Positions 21,410 through 32,225 of a stretch of DNA of 64,000 nucleotides are shown in pieces. Where the stretch lies: NCBI GenBank assembly GCA_013115145.1, contig JAAPAO010000127.1, positions 3,552 through 67,551 of the forward strand. The letters run 5' to 3'. The position numbers and the translations under genes were made by a program. Source of the DNA: Perkinsus chesapeaki ATCC PRA-425 (lineage: Eukaryota > Protista > Perkinsozoa). The notes under the pieces were generated by a model that saw only the letters and a list, made by a program, of their open reading frames with translations, searched no databases and was not told the DNA's origin. Within the stretch, counting starts at the first letter, position 1, and the number at the start of each line of letters is the position of its first letter.

Positions 21410-22401
21410 ACAACTCAGACAGCTCTTAAATGAGAAAGTTTGTAGTATTTGCCCATTGTATTTTCTCATTGATCTGTCTTCAAGTTGTCCTCTTAATCAT
21501 GGTATGTCTATCTTTATGTGAATGCTGTCATGCTGTTCAAATGGGTGTTTCGAGTTACTAGTCAACAGCAACTTTTTGAAGCACCTTCTTTGCGTTCAGC
21601 GCCACACATTAGAAATAATTGAAGGCTATAACATTCCCACGATACGTATTAAAATCGTTTTGTTACTCCAGCTTCCGTTGCCTGTGCTTGCGCTCACGCC
21701 GATGAAAATGGATGCAATGCTACTCTCTATAAGACTGGGGCGGGCGAAGTGGGACCGCTGCAGTTCGTATTTTAATACAGGATAACTTTCAAAAGCCAGT
21801 TCAAGACGCCGACTCAACGCCATGTCTTCCAGATATGGGGTATTGAGGATGCGGACATTGGCGGACGTCGAAACAATTGGGCACGCACAGAGAGCTTGGA
21901 CTCCAAGCTTGGACTCAACTTAGATCTCCAAGCTCTGGAGATATAATTTGAGTCGCAGTCGGAATCTTCATTTATCTGTGCTGCCACTCAATTCTATGCA
22001 AAGGAAAGGTTTACTATGTTTCCTTAACCCTGATGTCTAGACATCCTTAACCCAACAACAACAACAACCTGAAAGTCATAGTTCTTCCCGGTCGAATTCA
22101 TCCAACTGACGGAACGGGCACATGAGAAGAGCCTCCAACTCTGAGGCCTTCTTCGTTGGCAGTTGTACTGCCGCAGTTCCTGTCACTATTCAGCTCAACG
22201 CAGCGCTGTCTGATATATTATAACGTATAATTGATGCCAAGTAAATGTAAGAAAAGTATATAACTGACCGATGAAAGGTAAACTTGAGGTAGAGAGCAAC
22301 CCCTTCATCCTCCAGAAACCTGTCGTGCGCGTACAACAAAGCTTGTCATCTCAAATCTCCTATACGGAGCTTTCACTGGGGAAGGTCTAACGCAGCCATC
22401 T

Positions 22402-22881
22402 TTATTGAACAAGCTTAACCTCAAACTGTGGACCGTTCTCGAGTTGAACATAGAATTTACATCCATCCTTCCAGAAGTCGAACCTGTGAGGGCTCAGACC
22501 AATATGCTCATGTATCTTAGAAGTGCAAGAGCTCACGAGGGTACATCGGGTGATGTCGATAGTTTGGCATAGTGTAGGTTCACAGGTGAAATTACCCTTC
22601 TTCGTCCGAAAGCCAAATGGCATCATATACGAGGATTCCGTCTCCGCCTCCTTCGGTACATTCATATGCATAGTATTTCCGGAAAAGCTGCCTTCATATA
22701 CGCCAGCATGTATCAACCCTGGTGGAGGGCATCCCAGAATACAAGATGCTACAAACCATATAGCAAACCATACCGTAAGCTTTCTGGCGCTCAATATATA
22801 GTATGCTTTTAGGGCCCTCTGGGCCTTACCATAGTTGCCGTTGTACTCGTGGAGTTCAGGGGAAGTGGGAGAGGAAGGCAT
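22402..22881 (-). CDS. Cys-containing secreted/surface protein family, copy 1
   Basis: Start MPSSPTS at 22881 is conserved across paralogs; hydrophobic segment LTVWFAIWFVASCILG; intronless. Confidence 0.75.
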   Translation of the reverse strand: MPSSPTSPELHEYNGNYGKAQRALKAYYILSARKLTVWFAIWFVASCILGCPPPGLIHAGVYEGSFSGNTMHMNVPKEAETESSYMMPFGFRTKKGNFTCEPTLCQTIDITRCTLVSSCTSKIHEHIGLSPHRFDFWKDGCKFYVQLENGPQFEVKLVQ

Positions 22882-23675
22882 AACAATAAAAGTAGTAGTA
22901 TAACTTTGAACTGCGATCTTAGCGACGTTCTTCCGAAGAAGCCTCCTCGAATGAACCGATTCATACCGGGAGCGCCCTACAAACGAAATTCGTTGAACGA
23001 ATAGCAATACTTTGCACTTATACATGTCACGGTCACAATGGCACCAAGAACTTTGGCCAAGTTACCTCACTCTGAAAGGCTGCCTCATCTACCTTGCTCT
23101 CAGGGCATCCTTCCATACCTGCAACAAGGTCCCAGGCTACAAAGCTTGAGGACAACTTCTTCAGCTGTAGTGTATGGCAACGATTGGTTGCCATCGTAGG
23201 TGACCGAGGCCGGGATTCACGTACCATCTGGCGAGCGCGAAGGACATGTCACCTGGGGCACAAGGCGCCAAGTTGGGTAAACCATATCGTCCGCATCGGC
23301 GATGTATCATATCGGCATATGTACATGCAACGGGCTGTTGCATGTGTCTTGCACAGCATTTTAATGCAGTGACTGCGTCGCAATCAACGTTGAGTCATCA
23401 TAGTCTCACTCAAATATAGTAACCGCTTAGACTGAGGTGGAATTGATTGTCCGAAAGACGAGATTTCTGATTTCCCTGAGCAAGCGGAATTGAAGGCACA
23501 TTCTGGGTTCCGAGGCTGAATACAATTCAATCGAACATCTCAAGACGAGTGTCCCAAATGGGAACAAGATTTGCCGGTATCGGATTCGACCTCCATGTTC
23601 GCTCACCGCCGAATTCGACGTTTCCAAGGACGAACTAGATACTGTGAAGGTGTGCATACATTGATAGGAAAACCT
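22640..23675. repeat. ~1.04-kb segmental duplication, copy A (copy B at 26246-27291)
   Basis: Near-identical sequence covering the 5' half of the gene plus ~800 bp upstream. Confidence 0.92.
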
Positions 23676-24078
23676 CCGTTTTGAACTGTAAGATGTAAGA
23701 CTAACAGCCTGAACCTTACTGGTACAGGACCGCCTTAATAAGACGGCCTTATGACAAAGCCCTTGCTGACGAGACTGCTTCAGAGAAGTGCTAGTGATTT
23801 GCTAGTTGAGACAACACTACACTGGATGAAATAGGGAGGGAATTCCTAGAAATAAGCCAATAATCACTCGATAGAAATGCTTCGACTTCATAGTCTTCGC
23901 TTAGCTCCTATCTTCTTACTACATATAATATTATACAAATATCTACTAGGTCTTCGTGACGAAGCGGCGGAGCTCGTTCAGCTGCTATTTTGCTCGTTGT
24001 TAGTTCGTCATCACACGCGTAGGGCTTTGGAGGTGCGAGCGAGTGATCAAATCGCGCGGAAACGATTTAGAGAAGAAG

Positions 24079-24109
24079 ACGTGGGTTCGACTCCCACAGG
24101 CCGCATTTT
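24079..24109 (+). other. tRNA 3' fragment with perfect T-arm (Leu-like)
   Basis: ac-gtggg-TTCGACT-cccac-aggccgc-a-tttt; no matching 5' acceptor strand upstream. Confidence 0.8.
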
Positions 24110-26007
24110 CCGTCAAGTAATGTTTTTGCGCTTCCACTCGACACACGGGGTAGCTTTCAAAAAATTACAAAAAATAATTTTCTTGGCATCCCCAGAGGGA
24201 GGGGAGTTTTTTCGTATACAGGTCATCAGCTAGTTCGCTCTGGTTAACGGGAAATAACTCGTACGCACGCACGCACGGCGAAATGATCCATTTCCAGATA
24301 ATAAGCCCCGCTCGCTTCGCTCGCTCCGCAATTGTAATGTATGACATGTTCCAATCACAAGGCATCAACTTCGAATAGGCCTGGTTGTCCAAACCCTGGC
24401 GGCTAGGGACCCGAAGTTCGGGACCCGAGCGTGTGAAATGTGTAGGTGCATCTAGGGTCGTTCAATAGACCGATCTTCAAATTCAGGATCAATTCCAGAA
24501 CTGCATTTTACATGGCAAATGCGATGTTGGAATCGATTCTGAATCCCAGAATTGGTTCAATAAACACTGGGACTGATACGCGGAGCTTCGTCCAGAATCG
24601 GGACAGCCGGATAATATGAAGTCGAAACTGGCTGAACTATGGCACTGTCCGACAGTAACTGTCGGGTGTTAAATTGGGTAGACCCATTCAAAGAGTCGAG
24701 ATCAGCCGTCTTCAAGGCGCTACAACTATGACAGTTAACTTATTTAAGATCGACTATAGGCCCGGTCGATATAATAAACCAAACAGATGGATTATAGAAG
24801 GATCCAATTGCTTATACACTAGTATATACCTTACGAAGTATACAGCATTAGCTAGGCTTAGATATCATATGTAACACAATGGGGACAAGCTTTGTGTTAA
24901 GCTTATACTACACGACTGAACTCATCTATTGATAGTATCAATTTGATACCACTTGAGAGTTGAATTCTGTGGCGGGACCTTCAGGTCATTAACGCTTGAT
25001 ACTAAGATCCAGTCCGGAGCATGCGATCCAGACTGGACCAGTCCCACGACTGCCGTGGCACGACAAAAGAGTTTGGTGTAACTGCATTGGTTTACCAGTT
25101 CAGCTTGACCTTAGCGAAGTTCTGCCAAGGCCAATTCACGTCGTCTGCTTGATGCATGACATCTCATCAACTGAGTGCCGTGACGGTATATAGCCGACCG
25201 ATTATCGGATGATTCGAACAGTTCTAAGTCCGAATAGTTCGGATGAATCGAACGTATAATCTCAACCATTGTATATAACACAAGGAAAGCCATTGGACGG
25301 ATAACGTGGGACAAAGGAAAAAGCCTTAGCTGGCAACAATGATTGATTCTCTACAGTTCTGGAACACTCCAAGCAGTTATTGGACTGTTCGTGGGACCCA
25401 TTCAAGCACAGGGGTACTGACACCCCGAACTACCCACATATCACACCATTGGCAAATCAGTACAACGCAACACGTAGACAATTCAATACCGGAACAAAGA
25501 AGTCTGAACTCTGATGCTTGAAGTCCAATTACAGGACAATTTCAGACGCTCTCGACCGGAGCCTCATACAGAATGTCATAATTCATCATCAACAACAAAC
25601 TGGTTACGCCGTGGCACCAAAGCTTGAGACTTGAGATTCTATACGGAACTTTACTAACAAAAAGTCTGTTGCTTACATAATGGCGGCAGGACGGCAACAG
25701 TCGTGACTCAAGGTGACCTATCTTAGTCTAAGACTTGTACTCTAACTTCAGCACTGAACTTAGAGTATAAGTCTGTGATTGTCAGCATAATCCATATAAG
25801 TCACTGGAAATTACTGGTCTGCAATTATCACGACTGAAGAACTGGCATCACAGTGTGATGATTATACAATATAGAGCAGGCGGGAACTGTTCAAAAATGT
25901 GCTCAAGTAAAGAGTCTCAACACTGTTAGAGCAACAATGACTGCAAGTAGCCAGCGTTGCGCAAGGCATGCATGCATGCATGCCAGCTAAGCTAAGCTGG
26001 CCCAGCT

Positions 26008-26487
26008 CTATGAAACACGCTTAACCTCAAACCTTGGACAGTCTTTGAACTCTACAAAGTACTTCTGGCCATCCATCAGGAAGTCGAAGTAGTCGGGGCT
26101 GATACCCATATACTCTTGTAGCTTAGAAATGCAAGCGGGAACAAGGGTGCAGCGTGTCCAACCATTGATTTGGCATAGCGTAGCTGGACAGGAAAATGGA
26201 CCCTTCGGCGTCCGGAACCTCAAGTCCATCATGTACGCGCTTTCTGTCTCCGCCTCCTTCGGTACATTCATATGCATAGTATTTCCGGAAAAGCTGCCTT
26301 CATATACGCCAGCATGTATCAACCCTGGTGGAGGGCATCCCAGAATACAAGATGCTACAAACCATATAGCAAACCATACCGTAAGCTTTCTGGCGCTCAA
26401 TATATAGTATGCTTTTAGGGCCCTCTGGGCCTTACCATAGTTGCCGTTGTACTCGTGGAGTTCAGGGGAAGTGGGAGAGGAAGGCAT
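26008..26487 (-). CDS. Cys-containing secreted/surface protein family, copy 2
   Basis: N-half identical to copy 1, C-half diverged. Confidence 0.75.
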   Translation of the reverse strand: MPSSPTSPELHEYNGNYGKAQRALKAYYILSARKLTVWFAIWFVASCILGCPPPGLIHAGVYEGSFSGNTMHMNVPKEAETESAYMMDLRFRTPKGPFSCPATLCQINGWTRCTLVPACISKLQEYMGISPDYFDFLMDGQKYFVEFKDCPRFEVKRVS

Positions 26488-27291
26488 AACAATAAAAGTA
26501 GTAGTATAACTTTGAACTGCGATCGTAGCGACGTTCTTCCGAAGAAGCCTCCTCGAATGAACCGATTCATACCGGGAGCGCCCTACAAACGAAATTCGTT
26601 GAACGAATAGCAATACTTTGCACTTATACATGTCACGGTCACAATGGCACCAAGAACTTTGGCCAAGTTACCTCACTCTGAAAGGCTCCCTCATTTACCT
26701 TGCTCTCAGGGCATCCTTCCATACCTGCAACAAGGTCCCAGGCTACAAAGCTTGAGGACAACTTCTTCAGCTGTAGTGTATGGCAACGATTGGCTGCCCT
26801 CGTAGGTGACCGAGGCCGGGATTCACGTACCATCTGGCGAGCGCGAAGGACATGTCACCTGGGGCACAAGGCGCCAAGTTGGGTAAACCATATCGTCCGC
26901 ATCGGCGATGTATCATATCGGCATATGTACATGCAACGGGCTGTTGCATGTGTCTTGCACAGCATTTTAATGCAGTGCCTGCGTCGCAGTCAACGTTGAG
27001 TCATCATAGTCTCACTCAAATATAGTAACCGCTTAGACTGAGGTGGAATTGATTGTCCGAAAGACGAGATTTCTGATTTCTCTAAGCAAGCGGAATTGAA
27101 GGCACATGCTGGGTTCCGATGAAGTTGAATACAATTTAATCGAACATCTCAAGACGAGTGTTCCAAATGGGAACAAGATTCGTCGGTTTGGGATTCGGAC
27201 CTCCATCTTCGTTCACCGTCGCGAACTCGTTGTTTCCAAGGACGAACTAGATTTTCATTAAAAAGATGTGTATACATTGATAGGAAAACCT
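26246..27291. repeat. ~1.04-kb segmental duplication, copy B
   Basis: See 22640-23675. Confidence 0.92.
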
Positions 27292-29386
27292 GTATACATT
27301 GATCAGGCTTCTCTTATGTCACCTAAATTGTCTCCCGGGGGAAAGCTCTTTCTTTTATCGAGTAGCTGCTACTCAGTAGCATAACTTCCGCTTTGTTAGA
27401 CTTGCCCATGCCAGTGCGTCGTACGAAAACGTTCCTGTCAAACCCCCTCTCCGCTGATAGATCCACTAAAGACCTAACCAGCAATAATGCGTTGTTGGAG
27501 GATCAGTTCTGGGATATATGCAGGCTCTCGCCTACGTACGCTGGCGATTTTAGGGTGAGTCGAACTGTGCTACGGGTTAAGCTCGCACGTAAGCAAGTTA
27601 TTACTGCACGACAGCTCCTTGCAGGTATGCATAGAGCTATGGTTCATGGGCCACGAATCGTGGCTCCGCAACTTTGAGCAGTTCAACTTGAACCCAACAC
27701 AAGACCTGCCGAAAAGCTAATTAAATGAATGCTATGGCCCTGAATGATTGTGCAATAAGGGTTATGAGAAACTCCAAGTGCAGAGCAATTGTAGAGCCTG
27801 ACACAGCTTATAGCAGTTCATTACTGAAAAGATATTCGTTACACAATTGCAAGAAAGCTTGAAGCTCCGGCGCGAAACAACTATGTTACAATGATAGGTG
27901 GGAATATATTGCTCCTTAACCAGTCCAAGGAAGTCCATAAACTCAATACATTGAAGTGTCTCCAAGTGCGCCAAGAGAAATGACACGCTTTTGCAGCTGG
28001 ATCACCGGCAACTCTCGCGACCGAAGGACAGCATCACACAGTTTAGAGTAAACAGAGCTCGCTCAACAGACAGCTGTGTGCAGTTGGAAGTGTGGATGGA
28101 TCTTCAACTGGTCTTCCAACAGTGAATGTGAACAGGTCGCTTGGTGCAAGCATTATTCAACTGTCACGACCTCAAACTTAGGGCCATCGCTGAGATCTAC
28201 AAAGGACTTGCACTTCTGACGAGAGAAAAATAACCCGTTGGAATTCAGGCAGGTATACTCGCGTAGTTTACCAATGAAGTTGTCTGTAATAAGACATGCA
28301 TTGGAAGTGAAATGGTTGCGCTTTTAAACGGCGCTGAAATATGCACCCAATACCTATCTTCCCTTCAACTATATAAACAGTCACCCTACATTTACACTAA
28401 GATCGTCTTTTCGAAAAGGCCCTCTTCAAGGCAGCTAAATTAGAAAATAGATATATCATCGACATTACGCTACAGCTATCAGTCTGATGACAATGTATTA
28501 TGGATTCCATGATGGAATTTCCATCGTACACTGCTATCGTGAGTCATGATTCATAAGTTATGAATCAAAACACGGCCGCCTTGATTTTATATCTAGGACT
28601 CCCAAGACTGGGAGAACGACGTTTTAGGATTCCCTAGACTCAGTCCAAGTCGAACTGATTTCAGTTATCAAGTAAATCTTTGTCGATCAATTCAATACCT
28701 CAGGAATAGATAAGTGCAAATACAGTATATTCCAAAAAGAGGAAAGTTAACCATTTGCGGTTGAAGTTTTGCACCTCGTGGCCTTAGTTGAGAGCGCTCA
28801 TCATCGCCACGTTACCCTATGCAAGGTACTGGTACCACGGTGGTACCAAATCGGATTGCTTACACTGACGGGTAGTTACTTCCCATCATTTACATCTTTT
28901 GAGTGCATGATCCAAATATAAACGCAATACTCAAGATAATGTATGACTGAGTAATAAGCAGGATGAACGGATCCAAGTACAAAGCAATTATAGAGCGTCA
29001 TAATAGTGACATTGTTCATCATCAACAAAATGTTGAATGGCCCCGCCACGCAACGTATAACAAAGATCATTATCTTGAAAGTCCCGCACGGGATAACTAC
29101 TAATAAGAATGCTGACATCATGGCGGCAAGTCACATTAGATGACTGAGCTTCGTACGCTGATAGTAAGGAATAGAGCAAATCAGCAAGGTCGCTACCAGC
29201 ATGGTGATCCGAGAGCTACGCTTTTGTGACTGGCTCACCGACAATACTCGCGACGGCAAAAGGGCAGCGTCACACTATGTAGGCCAAAACGATTCTGTTT
29301 CATAGAAAGCTATGCAGCTGAAATGACGTGTGCAGGTTAAAGTGGCGTTGCAACAGGGACTGTGAGCAGCCAGCGTGGCGGTGGCT

Positions 29387-29875
29387 TTAGGATGTACGGA
29401 CGACCTCAAAGTGAGGGCCTTTACTAAAATCTACGTAGTACTTGCAGTGAAGCTCAGAGAATGCAAAGAAGGCAGAGTTCACACCAATATATGCCCGTAT
29501 CTTGGATCTGCAACTGTCAGAGGGAGTACAAACATGATTAGTAGGATCCACATCAGTAGTGCATAACGTAGGCTCACAGGTAAATACACCATTCGGCGTC
29601 ACAAAGCCCAATCCCATGTAGTATTCGACATCAGTCTCTGCTGCCTTCGGCACGTTCATTTGCATGGTATTCCCATCAAAGTTCCCTTTATACACACCAG
29701 CGGTAATGCTACATTCAGGAGGGCAACCAATCATGCAGGATGCTACAAACAACATAGCAAACCATGCTGTAAGCTTCTTCAAGCTCAATATAGAGTACAC
29801 CTCTAGGGTATACTTGACCTTCTTCCCGCCACCGGTATACTCGCAAAGTTGAGCAGAAGTGAGAGAGGTAGTCAT
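29387..29875 (-). CDS. Cys-containing secreted/surface protein family, copy 3 (most diverged)
   Basis: KLTAWFAMLFVASCMIGCPP..GVYKGNFDGNTMQMNVP..FTCEPTLC..GPHFEV aligns with the other copies. Confidence 0.78.
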   Translation of the reverse strand: MTTSLTSAQLCEYTGGGKKVKYTLEVYSILSLKKLTAWFAMLFVASCMIGCPPECSITAGVYKGNFDGNTMQMNVPKAAETDVEYYMGLGFVTPNGVFTCEPTLCTTDVDPTNHVCTPSDSCRSKIRAYIGVNSAFFAFSELHCKYYVDFSKGPHFEVVRTS

Positions 29876-31504
29876 TAATGAAGGCTATACAACCCCATCG
29901 AGCTCATTCTAGAAGAGTCTCGTCGATGGGTAGTGGACGCGGTACATATCAACTAGCGAATAACGAGCACAAATACTACTTTTCTCCTTGACCGGTCTCG
30001 ATTTCCTCTCCAGAATTAGCCAACTGTTTCGTTTCCCAGCAGCCGTACGTGCAAATGTCATAGTCTAACTGTGACAGTCACACCGGCGCTCATACCTTTC
30101 ATGAAGTCATCTCTGCCATGAGACGACTTAAGGAGAGCCTTGCGAAGCCTTTCCTAGGAACAATTCGACCCGGTTTCCTCACATAAGATCTTAGTAACCT
30201 CGTGCTAGTACCTTCTTGTGCAATCGAGGGAGCACCGATGAAGGTTCACGAAATCCATGCTTTCCGGAACTATTTCGGAAACCATGATCTAAAAAGCTCG
30301 GTCTCTTAGAGACCGTCGCTACTAAACTTTCCGATGAGCTGCGTATCCGCGTAATGATACTGGTTCTCCAGGGCGAAGTGGCCGAGCTGCTTAGTTTTAG
30401 GGCTCCAGCAGCGTACATGTATGCTTCGACCGCGCCACTGTAGTCGATTTTCGGTCACACGAGCCAAATGTATGTTACACTGCGTGAAGGAGGGAAAATT
30501 ACCAAGTGAGATTTAGCAAATCTAATTCAGTTGCAGTTGCTTCGAAATGTGCACTTGCACGTCATAACACTTGTTCTCTTCGTAGTTATGATCGAGAATC
30601 GCCGTTAGAGTGCGTTAAGGCTCTGCTGAGGTTCAGCAGAGGAGCGTTTGTGATAGTGGCGGTGACAGAGTGTTATTCATTGCGCTGCACAGCCAATCAA
30701 CCTTCGTTATGTCACTAGAGAAGAAGTTCCGGTAGTTACAGCTGCTTAGGAAAAAGGTATGACCCTTGTTATATTGGCAAATGTGGAGAAAATCACGTAG
30801 ATCCAAGCTACACCTTTCAGCTCAAACGTTTCAAATCAAGCTTGTTCTTTTAAGCCAAGCCAAAGAGCTCCAATCCGAGCAAAAGGGTTTGCTTCAACCT
30901 TATTGATCGACCTTGGAGAAATCCAGCCAAGACCAGTTCACATGAGTTCATGGGTGAGCCCCATCATTGTCTGTCAAGTGAGTGTTGTGACGATATATCG
31001 CCGACCGATTGGTGGGTGATTCGGGCGTGTCTGATTATCGGTTGAACCGATTCGGTTCTATAATATAACCATGTTTTATATAACGCAAGGGTAGCAGCTA
31101 TTGGATGGACGACTTAAGAGAGAGGGAAAAGGCTTATATTCCAGATTCTACAGTCTATAACACTTGAAGCAGTGATAGCAACATTCATGGGGACAAGTGC
31201 AATAGCTGAACTACTCAACTGAGGGCTCTCCAAGCACACGCGTACTCCTGGCGTGAGTCTCCTGCTCGTGCCCACATATCAGTGGGGCACGCGGAGCAAC
31301 AAATAGACAACAATAATACAACACAAACTTGGACCCCCGAGGAGCTCCGATACGGAGCTTTTTTTGAGAAAAAGTCTGATGCTGGTATGTGCCAACAGCT
31401 CAATGCACGCAGCTGCGAGCGCATGTTCAAGTAGAGACGCGCAACAGTGCTGGGGCAAGAGTGACTGCGAATAGCCAGCGTTGTAAAGGCATGCACTGCC
31501 AGCT

Positions 31505-31984
31505 CTATTCAACACGTTTGACCTCAAACCTTGGGCCGTCTTGAAACTCTACAAAGTACTTCTTGCCATCCTGGAAGAAGTCGAAGTAGCCGGGGCTCAG
31601 ACCAGTATACTTGTGTAGCTTAGTGGTGCAAGTCTTCACCAAAGTACAACGAGTTCGCACGGTGATCTGGCACTCCGCCGGTTGACAGAAAAACATGCCC
31701 TTCTTCGTCTGGAAGATCAAGTCCATCATATACGCAGTTTCTGCCTCTGCTTCCTGTGGCACATTCATATGGATCGTATTCCCGGAAAAGTCGCCTGTGT
31801 AAACGCCAGCAGGTATGTACCATGGTGAAGGGCATCCCAGAATACAAGATGCTACAAACCATATAGCAAACCATACCGTAAGCTTTCTGGCGCTCAATGT
31901 AGAGTATGTTCTTAGGGCCCTCTGGGCCTTACCATAGTTGCCGTTGCACTCGTGGAGTTCAGGGGAAGTGGGAGAGGAAGGCAT
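31505..31984 (-). CDS. Cys-containing secreted/surface protein family, copy 4
   Basis: MPSSPTS start; same Cys pattern; 3' flank 30984-31500 is homologous to 25176-26000. Confidence 0.75.
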   Translation of the reverse strand: MPSSPTSPELHECNGNYGKAQRALRTYSTLSARKLTVWFAIWFVASCILGCPSPWYIPAGVYTGDFSGNTIHMNVPQEAEAETAYMMDLIFQTKKGMFFCQPAECQITVRTRCTLVKTCTTKLHKYTGLSPGYFDFFQDGKKYFVEFQDGPRFEVKRVE

Positions 31985-32225
31985 GAATGAAGGGTATACA
32001 AACCTAGTGAGATTGCTCTGAACAAGTCTCATCGATTGAGTCTATCTACACCGGTAACGCCCAATAGCGAATGGTCAATTACTTGCTTTTGCAGCAACTG
32101 TACGTATACATGTCACGGTCATTTTGCACGGGCTGTGAAGAAGCACCAATCGAAGGGGCCTTGTTTGGTAGAACTCCTGACACTCCAGCTGTTACTCGAG
32201 TACAGCTCATTCGAGGACGTTTGTT

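Noticed and set aside
23024-32120. TGTCACGGTCA as an LTR 5' end (at ~23025, ~26631, ~32110)
   Set aside because: No paired LTR with a matching 3' CA or TSD was found; it is equally explained as shared upstream sequence of the duplicated genes
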